DNA of 64,000 bases. Source: Candidatus Omnitrophota bacterium (lineage in GTDB: Bacteria > Omnitrophota > Omnitrophia > Omnitrophales > Aquincolibacteriaceae). A program made the translations under genes and the position numbers. The notes under the pieces were generated by a model. The model did no database searches and had not been told where the DNA came from. It worked only from the letters and a program-made list of their open reading frames with translations. Shown in pieces: positions 39,701-49,185 of the stretch. How positions within the stretch are numbered: the stretch's first letter is position 1; the number at the start of each line of letters is the position of its first letter. The stretch is from NCBI GenBank assembly GCA_030698625.1, contig JAUYMS010000035.1, forward strand, positions 9,950 to 73,949, in the 5' to 3' direction.

Positions 39701-40712
39701 CGAATCGGACGCGAAAGTCTGGGACAGCTACGTAGCGCAGAATTCACATGCGACGAGCGATCACCTCTGGGGCTGGCGGAACGTTCTGTCGCGGGCGTTT
39801 GGTTTCCGGGAACAATATTATCTCGGAGCTATCGAGGATAACGCGCTCGTCGGAATTCTACCGCTGTACCGTGTGCCGTTGGGTTGGGGGAAGACGGCGC
39901 TGACTTCCATCCCTTACGGAAATTACGGAGGTATCTGCGCCGATTCCAAGGAGGCTACAAGCGCTCTTTATGCCAAGGCCCAGGAAATTATGGAAAACAC
40001 GCGAGGACAATACCTGGAACTCAAACACCGGAAATCGATCGAGACCGTTTCGCTGCAGGAACCGCGTCACAGCCACAGCCGCTTTTTTCTACCGCTGACG
40101 GACGGAACGGATTCTCTGTTCCGCCACATCGGGCAGAATAACCGGAGTAAAGTACGCCGCGCATCGAAGTGGGGACTCACAACTTTTTTTTCACGGGATG
40201 TCGACAGGTTTTATCCGATCTACTCCCACACCGCGCACAGACAGGGGACGCCGTGCTTCCCGAAGCGCTATTTCCAGGAGATCCTCAATAATTTTGGCGA
40301 CCAGTCTCAGATCTTCTTTGCCGCCATGGGTGAATTGCCGGTGGCTTGTTATCTCATGTTGTATTTCAAGGAACACATGGTGTGCCAGTTCAGCAGCTCT
40401 TATTCACACTCTTACAAGTACTATCCCAATGAGTTCATATTCTGGCGGGCCATTGAGGAAGGTTGCAAGATGGGGATGAGAGAACTGGATTTCTGCCGCA
40501 GCCGCGTCAGTTCCGGAACCGCGGACTTTAAACGTAAGCTGCACTATCACGAAGAGCAGCTTGATTATCAGTACTTTTTGCCCGACGGCCGGATTCTCGA
40601 GCCGCGCAGTCCGGCAAATTCTAAATATCGTCTAGCAATCGCCGCCTGGCAACGAATGCCTCATACGTTCGTGAATTTTCTCGGCCCCCGACTGGTGAGG
40701 TATTTCGCATGA
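39675..40712 (+). CDS. FemAB-like GNAT-fold protein of the PEP-CTERM/exosortase-associated type
   Basis: Pattern DRFYPIYSHTAHRQGTPCFPKRYF…MRELDFCRSRVSSGTADFKRKLHYHEEQLDYQYFL…SPANSKYRLAIAAWQRMP matches the remembered PEP-CTERM-associated FemAB family. Start at the internal ATG (RBS GGAG); overlaps the previous gene by 26 nt. Confidence 0.55.
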   Translation: MQVRLFQDNESDAKVWDSYVAQNSHATSDHLWGWRNVLSRAFGFREQYYLGAIEDNALVGILPLYRVPLGWGKTALTSIPYGNYGGICADSKEATSALYAKAQEIMENTRGQYLELKHRKSIETVSLQEPRHSHSRFFLPLTDGTDSLFRHIGQNNRSKVRRASKWGLTTFFSRDVDRFYPIYSHTAHRQGTPCFPKRYFQEILNNFGDQSQIFFAAMGELPVACYLMLYFKEHMVCQFSSSYSHSYKYYPNEFIFWRAIEEGCKMGMRELDFCRSRVSSGTADFKRKLHYHEEQLDYQYFLPDGRILEPRSPANSKYRLAIAAWQRMPHTFVNFLGPRLVRYFA

Positions 40713-41662
40713 GCGCCGTCCTTGACAGTCCGCTGCGAGCTGCGACTCGGTTTCCCGCATTTGTCAGGCCTGAGTTACTTCGCCGTTCGAGCAGCCCCAA
40801 AAATATTCTTACGATCGATGTCGAAGATTGGTTTCACGTCACAAACTTTGAATCGCAATTGCCCTTTTCCCGCTGGAACAAACTGGCCTCACGCATTCAA
40901 TATTCAATGCCGCGGCTCCTGGATCTTTTGGCAAAATACAGAGCGCACGCTACTTTCTTTACTTTGGGCTGGGTGGCACGGCGCTTTCCATCGCTGGTGA
41001 AGCGTATCGTTAGAGAGGGGCATGAAATTGCATCGCACGGAGAAAACCACCGGTTGGTCCGGGGACAACGCCCGCGCGAATTTCGAAATCAATTGGTTGC
41101 CTCACGGGATATCTTGGAACAGATTAGCGGAGAAGCCGTGAAGGGGCACCGGGCCCCGTCCTACTCATTGGATAGTTCGACCCTGTGGTCGGTGGGTATC
41201 CTTTTTGAGTCGGGTTTTGAGTACGACTCGAGTGTTTTTCCGTTCGGGTTTCGCCGCGATCCTGAGTGGTGCGATAAGCGTTTTCCTTGCCGTCTCGGTG
41301 ATGACGGTCTGGGTTCTATCGCTGAGTATCCGCTTTCAACCCTGCGACTTGCCGGCCGCAATCTCCCGGTCGCCGGCGGCGGTTACTTTCGATTTCTTCC
41401 CTATAGTTTTACGCGCTGGGCCGTCAAACAGTTGAATGAAGAGGGGCACAGCGCCGTCATGTATTTGCACCCGTGGGAGCTGGATCCCGGTCAACCGAGA
41501 GTCAGAAATGCCCCGTGGCTTTCCCGGTTTCGTCATTATCACAGACTGGAAAGTGCCGAGGCAAAATTCTCGCGACTCTTGGCGGATTTCCGGTTTCATT
41601 CCATTCGGGATGTCTACTGGTCACGCTGGACCGAGCGTTATGAAATCACTCCGCAGATTTAA
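40709..41662 (+). CDS. Polysaccharide deacetylase (CE4) of the XrtA/PEP-CTERM-associated type
   Basis: ILTIDVEDWFHVTNFES…ATFFTLGWVARRFPSLVKRIVREGHEIASHG… (NodB-fold TxDVEDxF variant). 4-nt overlap with the upstream gene. Confidence 0.75.
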   Translation: MSAVLDSPLRAATRFPAFVRPELLRRSSSPKNILTIDVEDWFHVTNFESQLPFSRWNKLASRIQYSMPRLLDLLAKYRAHATFFTLGWVARRFPSLVKRIVREGHEIASHGENHRLVRGQRPREFRNQLVASRDILEQISGEAVKGHRAPSYSLDSSTLWSVGILFESGFEYDSSVFPFGFRRDPEWCDKRFPCRLGDDGLGSIAEYPLSTLRLAGRNLPVAGGGYFRFLPYSFTRWAVKQLNEEGHSAVMYLHPWELDPGQPRVRNAPWLSRFRHYHRLESAEAKFSRLLADFRFHSIRDVYWSRWTERYEITPQI

Positions 41663-42917
41663 AAACAGCCGCGCCGTTATTTGCCTGACGCTTTTCTGTG
41701 CGGCGGCACAGCCATGGACCTATGCTTCCGTAGAAGGTCCTCTGAATGCCAAGGGCAGATCGCTCAATACCTCGGGAGGACAGACCTTTACCTCATTCGG
41801 CGGATCAATGACCGATATTTCCGAAACCGCACGTCTTTATGATGCGGGGATATGGCATCATCGGCCCGAGATTATTCAAACGCTGCTGCCGAGGGTTCGC
41901 GAGATCGGCGGGGGAATGCGGTTAGTCCTTATGTACCGCGATCAATTCATTGTTCTCGAAGACGAAGAATCACGGGAAAACAATGAATCCGTGGGGGGAT
42001 TTAACACGGCACCGGAATCCTGGTTTTTGCATGACGGCAAGGGAAAGCGAGTTCCCGTTCCTGACTATCACGAAGATTACTACGGAGAAAAGGGGCAACG
42101 CCGCTGGTTCATGGATCCGGGAAACGCCGACTTTCGGTCTTACTGGATCGATAAGACTCTCAAGCATGTGGACGAGGGGAATTGGGACGGTGTTTTTGTC
42201 GATGATGTGCTGTTGACGTTGACGGCACATCGGCTGGAACCCGGCCAGATTGCTACCTACAAAGACGACGCCTCCTTTCAACAGGCCGTCCTCGGTTTTT
42301 TGCGTGAGATCACGCGGCGCACCCGCGAGATTTACGGACGGGGCGAGGGCCGAAAAATCATCATCCCCAACATTTCGCTCAGTTACGATTACGATCCGGC
42401 AGTTCTGCGTGATTTCCTAAATGCGGCCGACGGATATATGGAAGAGCATCACGTGACGGCCTGGGCATGGGGGGAACATGCGGCACGCAGACAGATGGAG
42501 GCCCTTCGCCAAGCCCGTCATTTAGGCAAACATGTTTTCCTTCTTACCTATGCGGATCCAAGTTCCGGGGTTCCGAATCTGCTGGAGACAAGCCTTTCTG
42601 CCTATCTTGTTGCCCTGGCCGGATACCCAAACGCCTATTGGTCATTTCGTTCGGACGAATATGCGCCTTTCAATGAGCGCCCGGCGTTTGAGTTTTGGGC
42701 CGGCCGCGGGCTCGGTCAACCGCGCCCCGAAATCGAATTCTATAATGCCGAAGGCGTTCGTCTGGATTCGTCACAGGAGTCGGTGATCTGGTTACGCCGA
42801 TTCGACAACGGCATCGCTGTGGTGAACCTTACTGCGGCGAGACAGTCTCTCACCATAAACGGCGAATCCCTGCAGCTCAAACCCTTTCAAGGCAAGCTCA
42901 AGGCAGCGTCCGTCTAA
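41640..42917 (+). CDS. Secreted putative glycoside hydrolase (GH114/TM1410-like TIM-barrel)
   Basis: Signal peptide (AVICLTLFCAAAQPWTYASV). Motif WFMDPGNADFRSYWIDKTLKHVDEGNWDGVFVDDVL resembles the GH114 family …Y…ID…GFDGVFLD. Start at internal ATG 41640. Confidence 0.45.
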   Translation: MKSLRRFKNSRAVICLTLFCAAAQPWTYASVEGPLNAKGRSLNTSGGQTFTSFGGSMTDISETARLYDAGIWHHRPEIIQTLLPRVREIGGGMRLVLMYRDQFIVLEDEESRENNESVGGFNTAPESWFLHDGKGKRVPVPDYHEDYYGEKGQRRWFMDPGNADFRSYWIDKTLKHVDEGNWDGVFVDDVLLTLTAHRLEPGQIATYKDDASFQQAVLGFLREITRRTREIYGRGEGRKIIIPNISLSYDYDPAVLRDFLNAADGYMEEHHVTAWAWGEHAARRQMEALRQARHLGKHVFLLTYADPSSGVPNLLETSLSAYLVALAGYPNAYWSFRSDEYAPFNERPAFEFWAGRGLGQPRPEIEFYNAEGVRLDSSQESVIWLRRFDNGIAVVNLTAARQSLTINGESLQLKPFQGKLKAASV

Positions 42918-42957
42918 GACTTTTCTTTTTCGGTTCCTATCTGCTATATTCTGACTA

Positions 42958-43827
42958 ATGAGATTCATTCCATTTATTACGATTGTGAGTTTCCTCGCGG
43001 GTGCATCCGGTGCCGTGTCGGCGGCTGATGCCGAGTGGATGGATCTATACACAGAGTCCATGGGCTTGTATCAAAACGGGTCAGTGTCCGCAGCGGCTAG
43101 CTTGGCGGAAAAGGCTTTGCGCTCGGCGAACCGGAGCGGGCAGGATGCGACGCCTGTCATGGCTTTTCTCGGGCAGGTCTATATCAGCTTGGGCAGGTTG
43201 GATGAGGCCGAGCGCATTCTGGATCGCGTTGTAGGTTTGCACGAGGGCCGCTCAGAAACAGAGGAGCTCGGTGTCAGTCTCGAACGATTGGCAAGTCTTT
43301 ACTATGCTCAAGATCTGTTTACGAAGTCGGAAGATTACCGGAAGAAGTCCCTTGCCGTTTACGAAAACGTTCTGGGCGCAAACCATCCTCATGTGGCGAC
43401 CGCACTTAATAACCTCGCGTATTATTACACGACACGCGGCAGACTCGATGAAGCCGAACCCATGTTCTTGAGGGCTCTTATCATACGTGAAGGGGTGTAT
43501 GGCGAAGATCACCCGAAGGTTTCCGTCGTTCTCAATAATCTGGGCCTTCTCTATATTAAGCAGAAAAGGTACGAAGAAGCCGAAGGGCATTTGTTGCGGG
43601 CGATAGAAATCAAGGAAGCCGCCTTTGGCCCGAATCACTCGGAGTTGGCGACGCCGCTCAATAATATCGGGGATCTTTACTATGAGTCCCGCGGATGCGG
43701 TGAGGCCCTGCCCCTCTATCAGAGGGCCTATGCCATTCTCTCCAATCTTAATGATGAGACCCATCCTTATATGACGATCCTGGAGAATAAGATTGTGGGG
43801 ATGTGCAAAGCGTCAATCGGAGGATAG
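42958..43827 (+). CDS. Secreted TPR-repeat protein (TPR_12 / kinesin-light-chain-like repeats)
   Basis: Signal peptide, then about 6 TPR units (…LASLYYAQDLFTKSEDYRKKSLAVYENVLGANHPHVATALNNLAYYYTTRGRLDEAEPMFLRAL…). Confidence 0.7.
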   Translation: MRFIPFITIVSFLAGASGAVSAADAEWMDLYTESMGLYQNGSVSAAASLAEKALRSANRSGQDATPVMAFLGQVYISLGRLDEAERILDRVVGLHEGRSETEELGVSLERLASLYYAQDLFTKSEDYRKKSLAVYENVLGANHPHVATALNNLAYYYTTRGRLDEAEPMFLRALIIREGVYGEDHPKVSVVLNNLGLLYIKQKRYEEAEGHLLRAIEIKEAAFGPNHSELATPLNNIGDLYYESRGCGEALPLYQRAYAILSNLNDETHPYMTILENKIVGMCKASIGG

Positions 43828-44547
43828 ATGAGTCGTTTTTTGATTCTGTTAGCGGTTACCGTCTTTATGATAGAAGGGACAGGTTGTGCGACTAAACCGG
43901 TCGCTGATGCGGGTTTTGTGGATTCTTCTAAATTGCAGATGGCAGGGGACGTCATTCCCTTCCAAAAGGCATGGACCAAACCGGGATACGACCCGAAGAA
44001 ATACACCGAAGTTTATATCGTGCCCGTCAACATTGACTATCTCTTCGAAAACAGTTCCTGGAAAAATCTGCCCCGTGGAAATCTTATTAGAAAGGATGCC
44101 GGGGAATTGGCAACGTACATGCATGGGACCTTTATCGAGACGCTGCGCAAGGACCCGAATCATCGTTTGAAAGTCGTCACTCTGCCGACCAAGAATACCG
44201 TCATTCTCGAACTCGCGATCACGGAACTCGTGCCGAACAAGATCGCTCTTAAAACGGCCGGCCTCACGTCTTTGGCCCGTGTCGGCCGCAAGGCCCTGGC
44301 GCTCGGCAATGAGAGCAGCATCGCTTTCGAGGCCCGTTTCCGTGATTACGAAACTTGGGAAGTGGTTGCGCTCATTACCGACCGCGAAAAGGCCAAACTC
44401 AATATTGTGAACATCAAGAACTTTACCTGGTACGCCCATGTCCGCAGTATTATCGACGAGTGGGCCGAGCAGCTCGTCGATGTCCTCAATAAGACCCCCG
44501 AATCGACCGTCCGCGACTCCCGGAAATTTGAAATAAAACCCTGGTAA
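43828..44547 (+). CDS. Lipoprotein, unknown function
   Basis: Lipobox TGCAT after MSRFLILLAVTVFMIEG. ATG immediately follows the TPR gene stop. Confidence 0.45.
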   Translation: MSRFLILLAVTVFMIEGTGCATKPVADAGFVDSSKLQMAGDVIPFQKAWTKPGYDPKKYTEVYIVPVNIDYLFENSSWKNLPRGNLIRKDAGELATYMHGTFIETLRKDPNHRLKVVTLPTKNTVILELAITELVPNKIALKTAGLTSLARVGRKALALGNESSIAFEARFRDYETWEVVALITDREKAKLNIVNIKNFTWYAHVRSIIDEWAEQLVDVLNKTPESTVRDSRKFEIKPW

Positions 44548-44557
44548 ACAGCGCCGC

Positions 44558-44587
44558 TTGCCTAGGTTACGGGCTAGGCGGTATAAT
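44558..44587 (+). promoter_or_regulatory. Putative promoter of a possibly leaderless small-membrane-protein gene
   Basis: TTGCCT – 18 nt – TATAAT (44582–44587). The ATG at 44594 lies only 6 nt downstream of the -10. A GCCTAG/CTAGGC hairpin sits within the spacer. Confidence 0.35.
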
Positions 44588-44593
44588 GCGCGC

Positions 44594-44791
44594 ATGGGTG
44601 AAATCCTGCAAAACCTGGCGATGACCGTCTTCCTGCTGCCCCTGAGCATGTTGTTGGTATGGATCTTCATGAAAATTACCGGACCCTATGACCGCAAGTT
44701 CTACTGGGGTGTGGTTGCCGCGAGCTATGCCGTTTTACTCTTTATTTGTTGGGGAGTTGAAACGGGATATCTTTATAAGATGGTGCACTGA
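44594..44791 (+). CDS. Small membrane protein (65 aa, two hydrophobic helices)
   Basis: MGEILQNLAMTVFLLPLSMLLVWIFMKI…VVAASYAVLLFICWGVE. Confidence 0.3.
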   Translation: MGEILQNLAMTVFLLPLSMLLVWIFMKITGPYDRKFYWGVVAASYAVLLFICWGVETGYLYKMVH

Positions 44792-44799
44792 CCGTCCTC

Positions 44800-46149
44800 A
44801 TGACCGCCGCCGCCGATCTTCTCATACCGCGCTTGGGCCCGCCCAAAGTGGCTTCTCCGTTAAGAAAATTCTTTCCCGGCGGCGCGGACGCGTCGCATTT
44901 CGTGGCCGAGGATGCGGGGATTGTCTTTGATGTGTCGGCCGCGGATGCTGACGCATGTGCCGAGCGGGGTTGCTCGATCCCGGCCCTCGAAAAAGCCGGT
45001 CCGCGTTCACAAATATTCTTTGATCCGGAAGAAACCTCGGCCGCAATCGTGACCTGCGGCGGGCTATGTCCCGGCATTAACGATGTCATTCGCTCACTTG
45101 TCATGACATTGACCTACCGTTACGGAGTCAGAAGGATTCTCGGTATTCGCTACGGGTATCAGGGTTTTATTCGGGAATTCGGCCATGAACCTGTCACGCT
45201 GAAGCCCGATGACGTTGCCGACATTCACAGGGCGGGCGGTTCGATCCTCGGCACTTCGCGGGGCCGGCAAGATTCGGGTCTCATCGTGGACTTTCTCAAT
45301 TCGAATAAGATTAATCTTCTGTTTGTCATTGGCGGGGACGGCACCCAGCGCGGGGCTCTGGAAATTGCCGAGACCGCTGAAAAACGGAAACTCAATATCA
45401 GTGTGATTGGCATTCCGAAGACCGTCGACAATGATATTCTCTATCTGGATAAATCCTTCGGTTTTGATACGGCCGTGGCCGAGGCCGTCAAGGCAATCTC
45501 AACGGCGCATACGGAGGCGCGCGCACAGGTGGGGGGCATCGGCCTTGTGAAATTCATGGGGCGGCACTCGGGTTTTATTGCATCCTATGCGGCGCTGGCC
45601 ATGAATGACGCGAATTTCGTGTTGATTCCGGAAATTCCCTTTGAACTCGAGGGCCCGAAAGGTTTGCTTGCGGCGCTCGAAACGCGGTTACGCAGTAGGG
45701 GCCATGCCGTCATTTTGGTGGCGGAGGGTGCAGGACAGGATTTGATACGCCAAGAGGTCCAGGGTAAAGATGCTTCCGGAAATATCTTGTTCAATGATAT
45801 CGGGCTGTTTCTTAGAGAATGTATTACGGCCCATTTCTCCGGCATCGGAATGGAAATCAATCTCAAATACATCGACCCCAGCTATTTGTTGCGGGCGCTT
45901 CCGGCGTCGGCCCCGGACAGCGTCTATTGCTTCCGGCTCGGCCAGCATGCCGCACATGCGGCCATGAGCGGCCGGACTAAAATGGTGGTCGGTATGCGTC
46001 ACCGACAGTATGTGCACATTCCTATGTCCCTTATCGCCAAGGGACGAAAACAAGTCGATCCTCATAGCGACATTTGGGTCTCAGTCCTGGAAGCGACGGG
46101 CCAGCCGGCAGAGATGAGATCGCATGCGACAAAGGATTCCAAACGATGA
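44800..46149 (+). CDS. 6-phosphofructokinase, PfkA family (likely pyrophosphate-dependent)
   Basis: IVTCGGLCPGINDVIR, IGGDGTQRGA, GIPKTVDNDI and MGRHSGFIA are canonical PFK motifs. The 449-aa length is typical of PPi-PFK. Confidence 0.85.
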   Translation: MTAAADLLIPRLGPPKVASPLRKFFPGGADASHFVAEDAGIVFDVSAADADACAERGCSIPALEKAGPRSQIFFDPEETSAAIVTCGGLCPGINDVIRSLVMTLTYRYGVRRILGIRYGYQGFIREFGHEPVTLKPDDVADIHRAGGSILGTSRGRQDSGLIVDFLNSNKINLLFVIGGDGTQRGALEIAETAEKRKLNISVIGIPKTVDNDILYLDKSFGFDTAVAEAVKAISTAHTEARAQVGGIGLVKFMGRHSGFIASYAALAMNDANFVLIPEIPFELEGPKGLLAALETRLRSRGHAVILVAEGAGQDLIRQEVQGKDASGNILFNDIGLFLRECITAHFSGIGMEINLKYIDPSYLLRALPASAPDSVYCFRLGQHAAHAAMSGRTKMVVGMRHRQYVHIPMSLIAKGRKQVDPHSDIWVSVLEATGQPAEMRSHATKDSKR

Positions 46150-46160
46150 AAGGGGTTTCC

Positions 46161-46865
46161 ATGAAAGCATTTTTGCCATTGGGTTCTTGGGGCCTCGTGG
46201 GTCTGATCCTTATTGTGTCGACGGGATGTTCAACCATGTACGGTCGTCAGAATGACGAGCCCGATATTTTCTTTGATGCCAATGTCCTCGCAGTCACGGT
46301 CTCGTGTTCGGGTAAGACGATCGAAACGCCGGGCAATATTGCGTTACGCCAAAGTCAGACGCATCGGTGCCAAGCGTCCAAAGAAGGTTTTGCCACTCAG
46401 ACTCTTCGCGTGCCGTCGGTGATCTCGAAGCAGGGATTTCGGCACTCCACCGAAATGAACTGGGCCAAATGGGGCAAATGGACCCTGGGAATCGGCAATC
46501 TCATCGGTTGGACGGTTGATTTTGTCTCGGGTGCCATGCGAAGTCCGGAAAAGGACCGCTATGTTGTGATGATGAAACCCGCCTCTGAGGCAGGTCCGGC
46601 CCAGAAGGCGCTCAGTAAGACGGTGGAGGTAACGAAGACGCTGGTTATGATGCCGGGGCAGGTAGTCGATGAGGCATCTACGGTGGTCCTGGATAAAACC
46701 GTGCGTACCGGCTCCGAAGGGGTGGGGATTGCCGGAGAAGACAATCGAGCTCATGCAGAGGCCGTCAGCGAGGGCCAGAAAATCGTCAAATATTACGAGG
46801 AAGAGTCCCCCGGCGTACCCGAACCCCTGTTGGCCGAGGCCCTGGCACCTACCCAGAAAACCTAG
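46161..46865 (+). CDS. Lipoprotein, unknown function
   Basis: MKAFLPLGSWGLVGLILIVSTGCST lipobox. RBS AAAGGGG. The listed ORF begins upstream at 46074. Confidence 0.45.
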   Translation: MKAFLPLGSWGLVGLILIVSTGCSTMYGRQNDEPDIFFDANVLAVTVSCSGKTIETPGNIALRQSQTHRCQASKEGFATQTLRVPSVISKQGFRHSTEMNWAKWGKWTLGIGNLIGWTVDFVSGAMRSPEKDRYVVMMKPASEAGPAQKALSKTVEVTKTLVMMPGQVVDEASTVVLDKTVRTGSEGVGIAGEDNRAHAEAVSEGQKIVKYYEEESPGVPEPLLAEALAPTQKT

Positions 46866-46875
46866 GAATTTGGGG

Positions 46876-46905
46876 CTTGCCTGGTTGGGAGCGATTTTGA
46901 TATAA
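46876..46905 (+). promoter_or_regulatory. Putative sigma70-type promoter for the MscS gene
   Basis: TTGCCT – 18 nt – TATAAT (46900–46905). Downstream RBS GGAGAG and ATG at 46985. Confidence 0.45.
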
Positions 46906-46984
46906 TCCATGTCTGCTTAGGAGTCCAACGCAGGCGATCCTTTTGAGCATCCCAAAATCACTTTCTTAGAGGAGAGTTATCTCC

Positions 46985-47824
46985 ATGCAAGAAGAAATGA
47001 CAGCCCTTCAGAAATTCATTGATACGGCAGTGGAATTTATCGCTAATTACAGCTTCCAAGTGGTTGGCGCGATTATCGTTCTTATTATCGGTTCTCTTAT
47101 CGCCAATTGGGTGGCGAAGCTTCTGCTTGCGGTTTTCGAGAAAAAGAAGCTGGATATTACGCTCTCAAAGTTTCTGACCGGAATCGTTAAGATCCTCATT
47201 CTCGCCTTTGCGATCCTGATCGCCTTGGGTAAGTTTGGGATTACCATTGCGCCCTTTATCGCATTGGTGGGTGCCCTAGCCTTTGGTGCGAGTTTTGCGA
47301 TTCAGGGTCCGCTATCAAATTACGGTGCCGGGCTCTCCATTATCATGTCCCGTCCCTTTGTGGTGGGAGATACGGTTACCGTTGCGGGCGTGAGCGGGGT
47401 CGTACAAGAGGTCAAGCTGGCCTGCACGATTCTTACCAACGAGGATGGTGTTAAGATTACCATCCCGAACAAACACATCGTCGGTGAGATCCTGCAGAAC
47501 TCGAAGGACAATAAGATTGTTGAGGCAGTGATCGGCATCAGCTACGAAAGTAATCCCGACGAGGCTATTCGGGCCGTCAGTGAAACGCTTAACCGGTTTT
47601 CGGATGTCGCAAAGACGCCGCCGGCTCAGATTGGTATTCAGGAATTTGCCGATTCCTCAGTCAATATTTCCTACCGCTATTGGGTTCCCACAGTAAAATT
47701 TTTTCAGACCTCATACGCCGTCAATTTGGCGGTCTATAAAGCCCTGCAGTCTAGCGGAATCAATATTCCGTTTCCGCAGCGCGATGTACACATCGTTTCA
47801 CAGCCGTCCGGTGTGGGTTCTTAA
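46985..47824 (+). CDS. Small-conductance mechanosensitive channel (MscS family)
   Basis: Three TM helices, then the MscS beta-domain RPFVVGDTVTVAGVSGVVQEVKLACTILTNEDGVKITIPNKHIV. Confidence 0.8.
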   Translation: MQEEMTALQKFIDTAVEFIANYSFQVVGAIIVLIIGSLIANWVAKLLLAVFEKKKLDITLSKFLTGIVKILILAFAILIALGKFGITIAPFIALVGALAFGASFAIQGPLSNYGAGLSIIMSRPFVVGDTVTVAGVSGVVQEVKLACTILTNEDGVKITIPNKHIVGEILQNSKDNKIVEAVIGISYESNPDEAIRAVSETLNRFSDVAKTPPAQIGIQEFADSSVNISYRYWVPTVKFFQTSYAVNLAVYKALQSSGINIPFPQRDVHIVSQPSGVGS

Positions 47825-47860
47825 GCGGTACGGACATCTAGAGAAAGAAAGGATATTTCC

Positions 47861-48616
47861 ATGTTGAAATTCTTGACGGGTTTAATTGTTTTGGGTGTCG
47901 TTGTTTTTGCCGGCATTAACATTGCAGGTAACTTCGCTCTTGCCAAGGTGCTTGAAGGGGTTTTAGGCGTTGAGGTCGACGTAAGGAAGGTCCAACTGGG
48001 CCTTTTTACGCAGCAGGCCAGTGTCTACGGACTGAAGATCCACAACCCTGAAGGATTCAGTGAAGAGACGCTTGCATCAGTGCCCGAGATTTCTGTGCAG
48101 TATGACCTCTCAGGCCTCCTCAAAGGTACGATTCACTTGACGGAAATCCGTTTGAATTTCGACGAGATCACGGTGGAAAGGAATGCCGCCGGAAAATTCA
48201 ACCTCACTGAACTCGACGCCATGAAGAAGCCACCGAAAAAAGCATCCGGAGAAGCCCCTCCCGCGGAGGGACTGCCTCAGCCGGAGAAAAAGCCGGGTAA
48301 AGCACCGGCCATTGACGTTGTGATCGACGAGGTGCGTTTAAGTTTGGGGCGCGCCCGCTATGTGGATACCGGCAAGGAAGATCCGACGGTTAGGGAGTTT
48401 TCGCTTGAGATTCAAGACGAGATCTTGAAGGATGTCACCGACCCGCAAGCGCTGGTTCAGCAGGTCGTGGTCAAAACAATGCAGCGCGTAGGAATGAATG
48501 CGCTCATGCCGGATATGGGTCAGTTCTCAGCCGCCTTTAAAGGCGAGGCCGCCGGAAAAATCAATGCCTTTGCTGAAAAGATGAGATCATCGATAAGCAG
48601 TAAGGTAACCAGTTAG
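47861..48616 (+). CDS. Hypothetical protein with N-terminal anchor (AsmA-like/DUF748-like)
   Basis: N-terminal TM (LTGLIVLGVVVFAGINIAG), then a beta-rich region. RBS AAAGAAAGG. Confidence 0.4.
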   Translation: MLKFLTGLIVLGVVVFAGINIAGNFALAKVLEGVLGVEVDVRKVQLGLFTQQASVYGLKIHNPEGFSEETLASVPEISVQYDLSGLLKGTIHLTEIRLNFDEITVERNAAGKFNLTELDAMKKPPKKASGEAPPAEGLPQPEKKPGKAPAIDVVIDEVRLSLGRARYVDTGKEDPTVREFSLEIQDEILKDVTDPQALVQQVVVKTMQRVGMNALMPDMGQFSAAFKGEAAGKINAFAEKMRSSISSKVTS

Positions 48617-48649
48617 TCTTAGTTCTAAAACCAAAAAAGGAGAATCAAA

Positions 48650-49024
48650 ATGAAAAAATTGCATTTTTTGTGGCTCTTGCCCGTCGTCATGATGGTTGTT
48701 ACCGGCTGCGGCAAGCAGGCCGATCCGAACAAGCCCATCGACCAGATCAAGCAGGAAGTGGAAGGCATGTCGGTCAGCCAGCTCCAGAGCCAGGCGCAGG
48801 CATATGCCAAGGAAATTCAGAAGAAGGGCAGCGATATGTCGCAGGTTCAAGAGAAGCTCAAGAGTCTCTCCCCGAAGGATCTGCTCGGCGAAAAGGCCAA
48901 GGGTATCAAGGACGAAGTCTCCAAGATCGGTTCCGAGGTCAAGGCCCTTACGCAGCGATACAATATCTACGCCGATCAGTTCAAGCAGGCCGGCGGAGAT
49001 ATTTCCAAGATTCAAATTGCCTAG
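48650..49024 (+). CDS. Small lipoprotein
   Basis: MKKLHFLWLLPVVMMVVTGC lipobox. Lys/Gln-rich helical remainder. RBS AAAGGAG. Confidence 0.5.
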   Translation: MKKLHFLWLLPVVMMVVTGCGKQADPNKPIDQIKQEVEGMSVSQLQSQAQAYAKEIQKKGSDMSQVQEKLKSLSPKDLLGEKAKGIKDEVSKIGSEVKALTQRYNIYADQFKQAGGDISKIQIA

Positions 49025-49057
49025 ATTGTTGTATCTCTAGCAATATTAGTCATTTAG

Positions 49058-49094
49058 AAAAAGGCAGCTTCGGTTTCGGAGCTGCCTTTTTTTT
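49058..49094 (+). terminator. Rho-independent terminator
   Basis: A-tract, then a 10-bp stem GGCAGCTTCG / CGGAGCTGCC with one G·U pair and a GTTT loop, then T8 (49087–49094). The A-tract/T-tract symmetry would allow bidirectional function. Confidence 0.7.
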
Positions 49095-49185
49095 GCCCTC
49101 AAATTACAGCAACATCGCCTAAGCCTGAATCATAGGCTATACTTCTCACAACACGCCTTTTAGTAATACCTATTTCCTCAGCTGT

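Noticed and set aside
46344-46910. 188-aa minus-strand ORF overlapping the lipoprotein gene 46161–46865 and the putative MscS promoter
   Set aside because: The plus-strand gene has a lipobox and RBS. The minus ORF would run through a promoter-like region and shows no family features.
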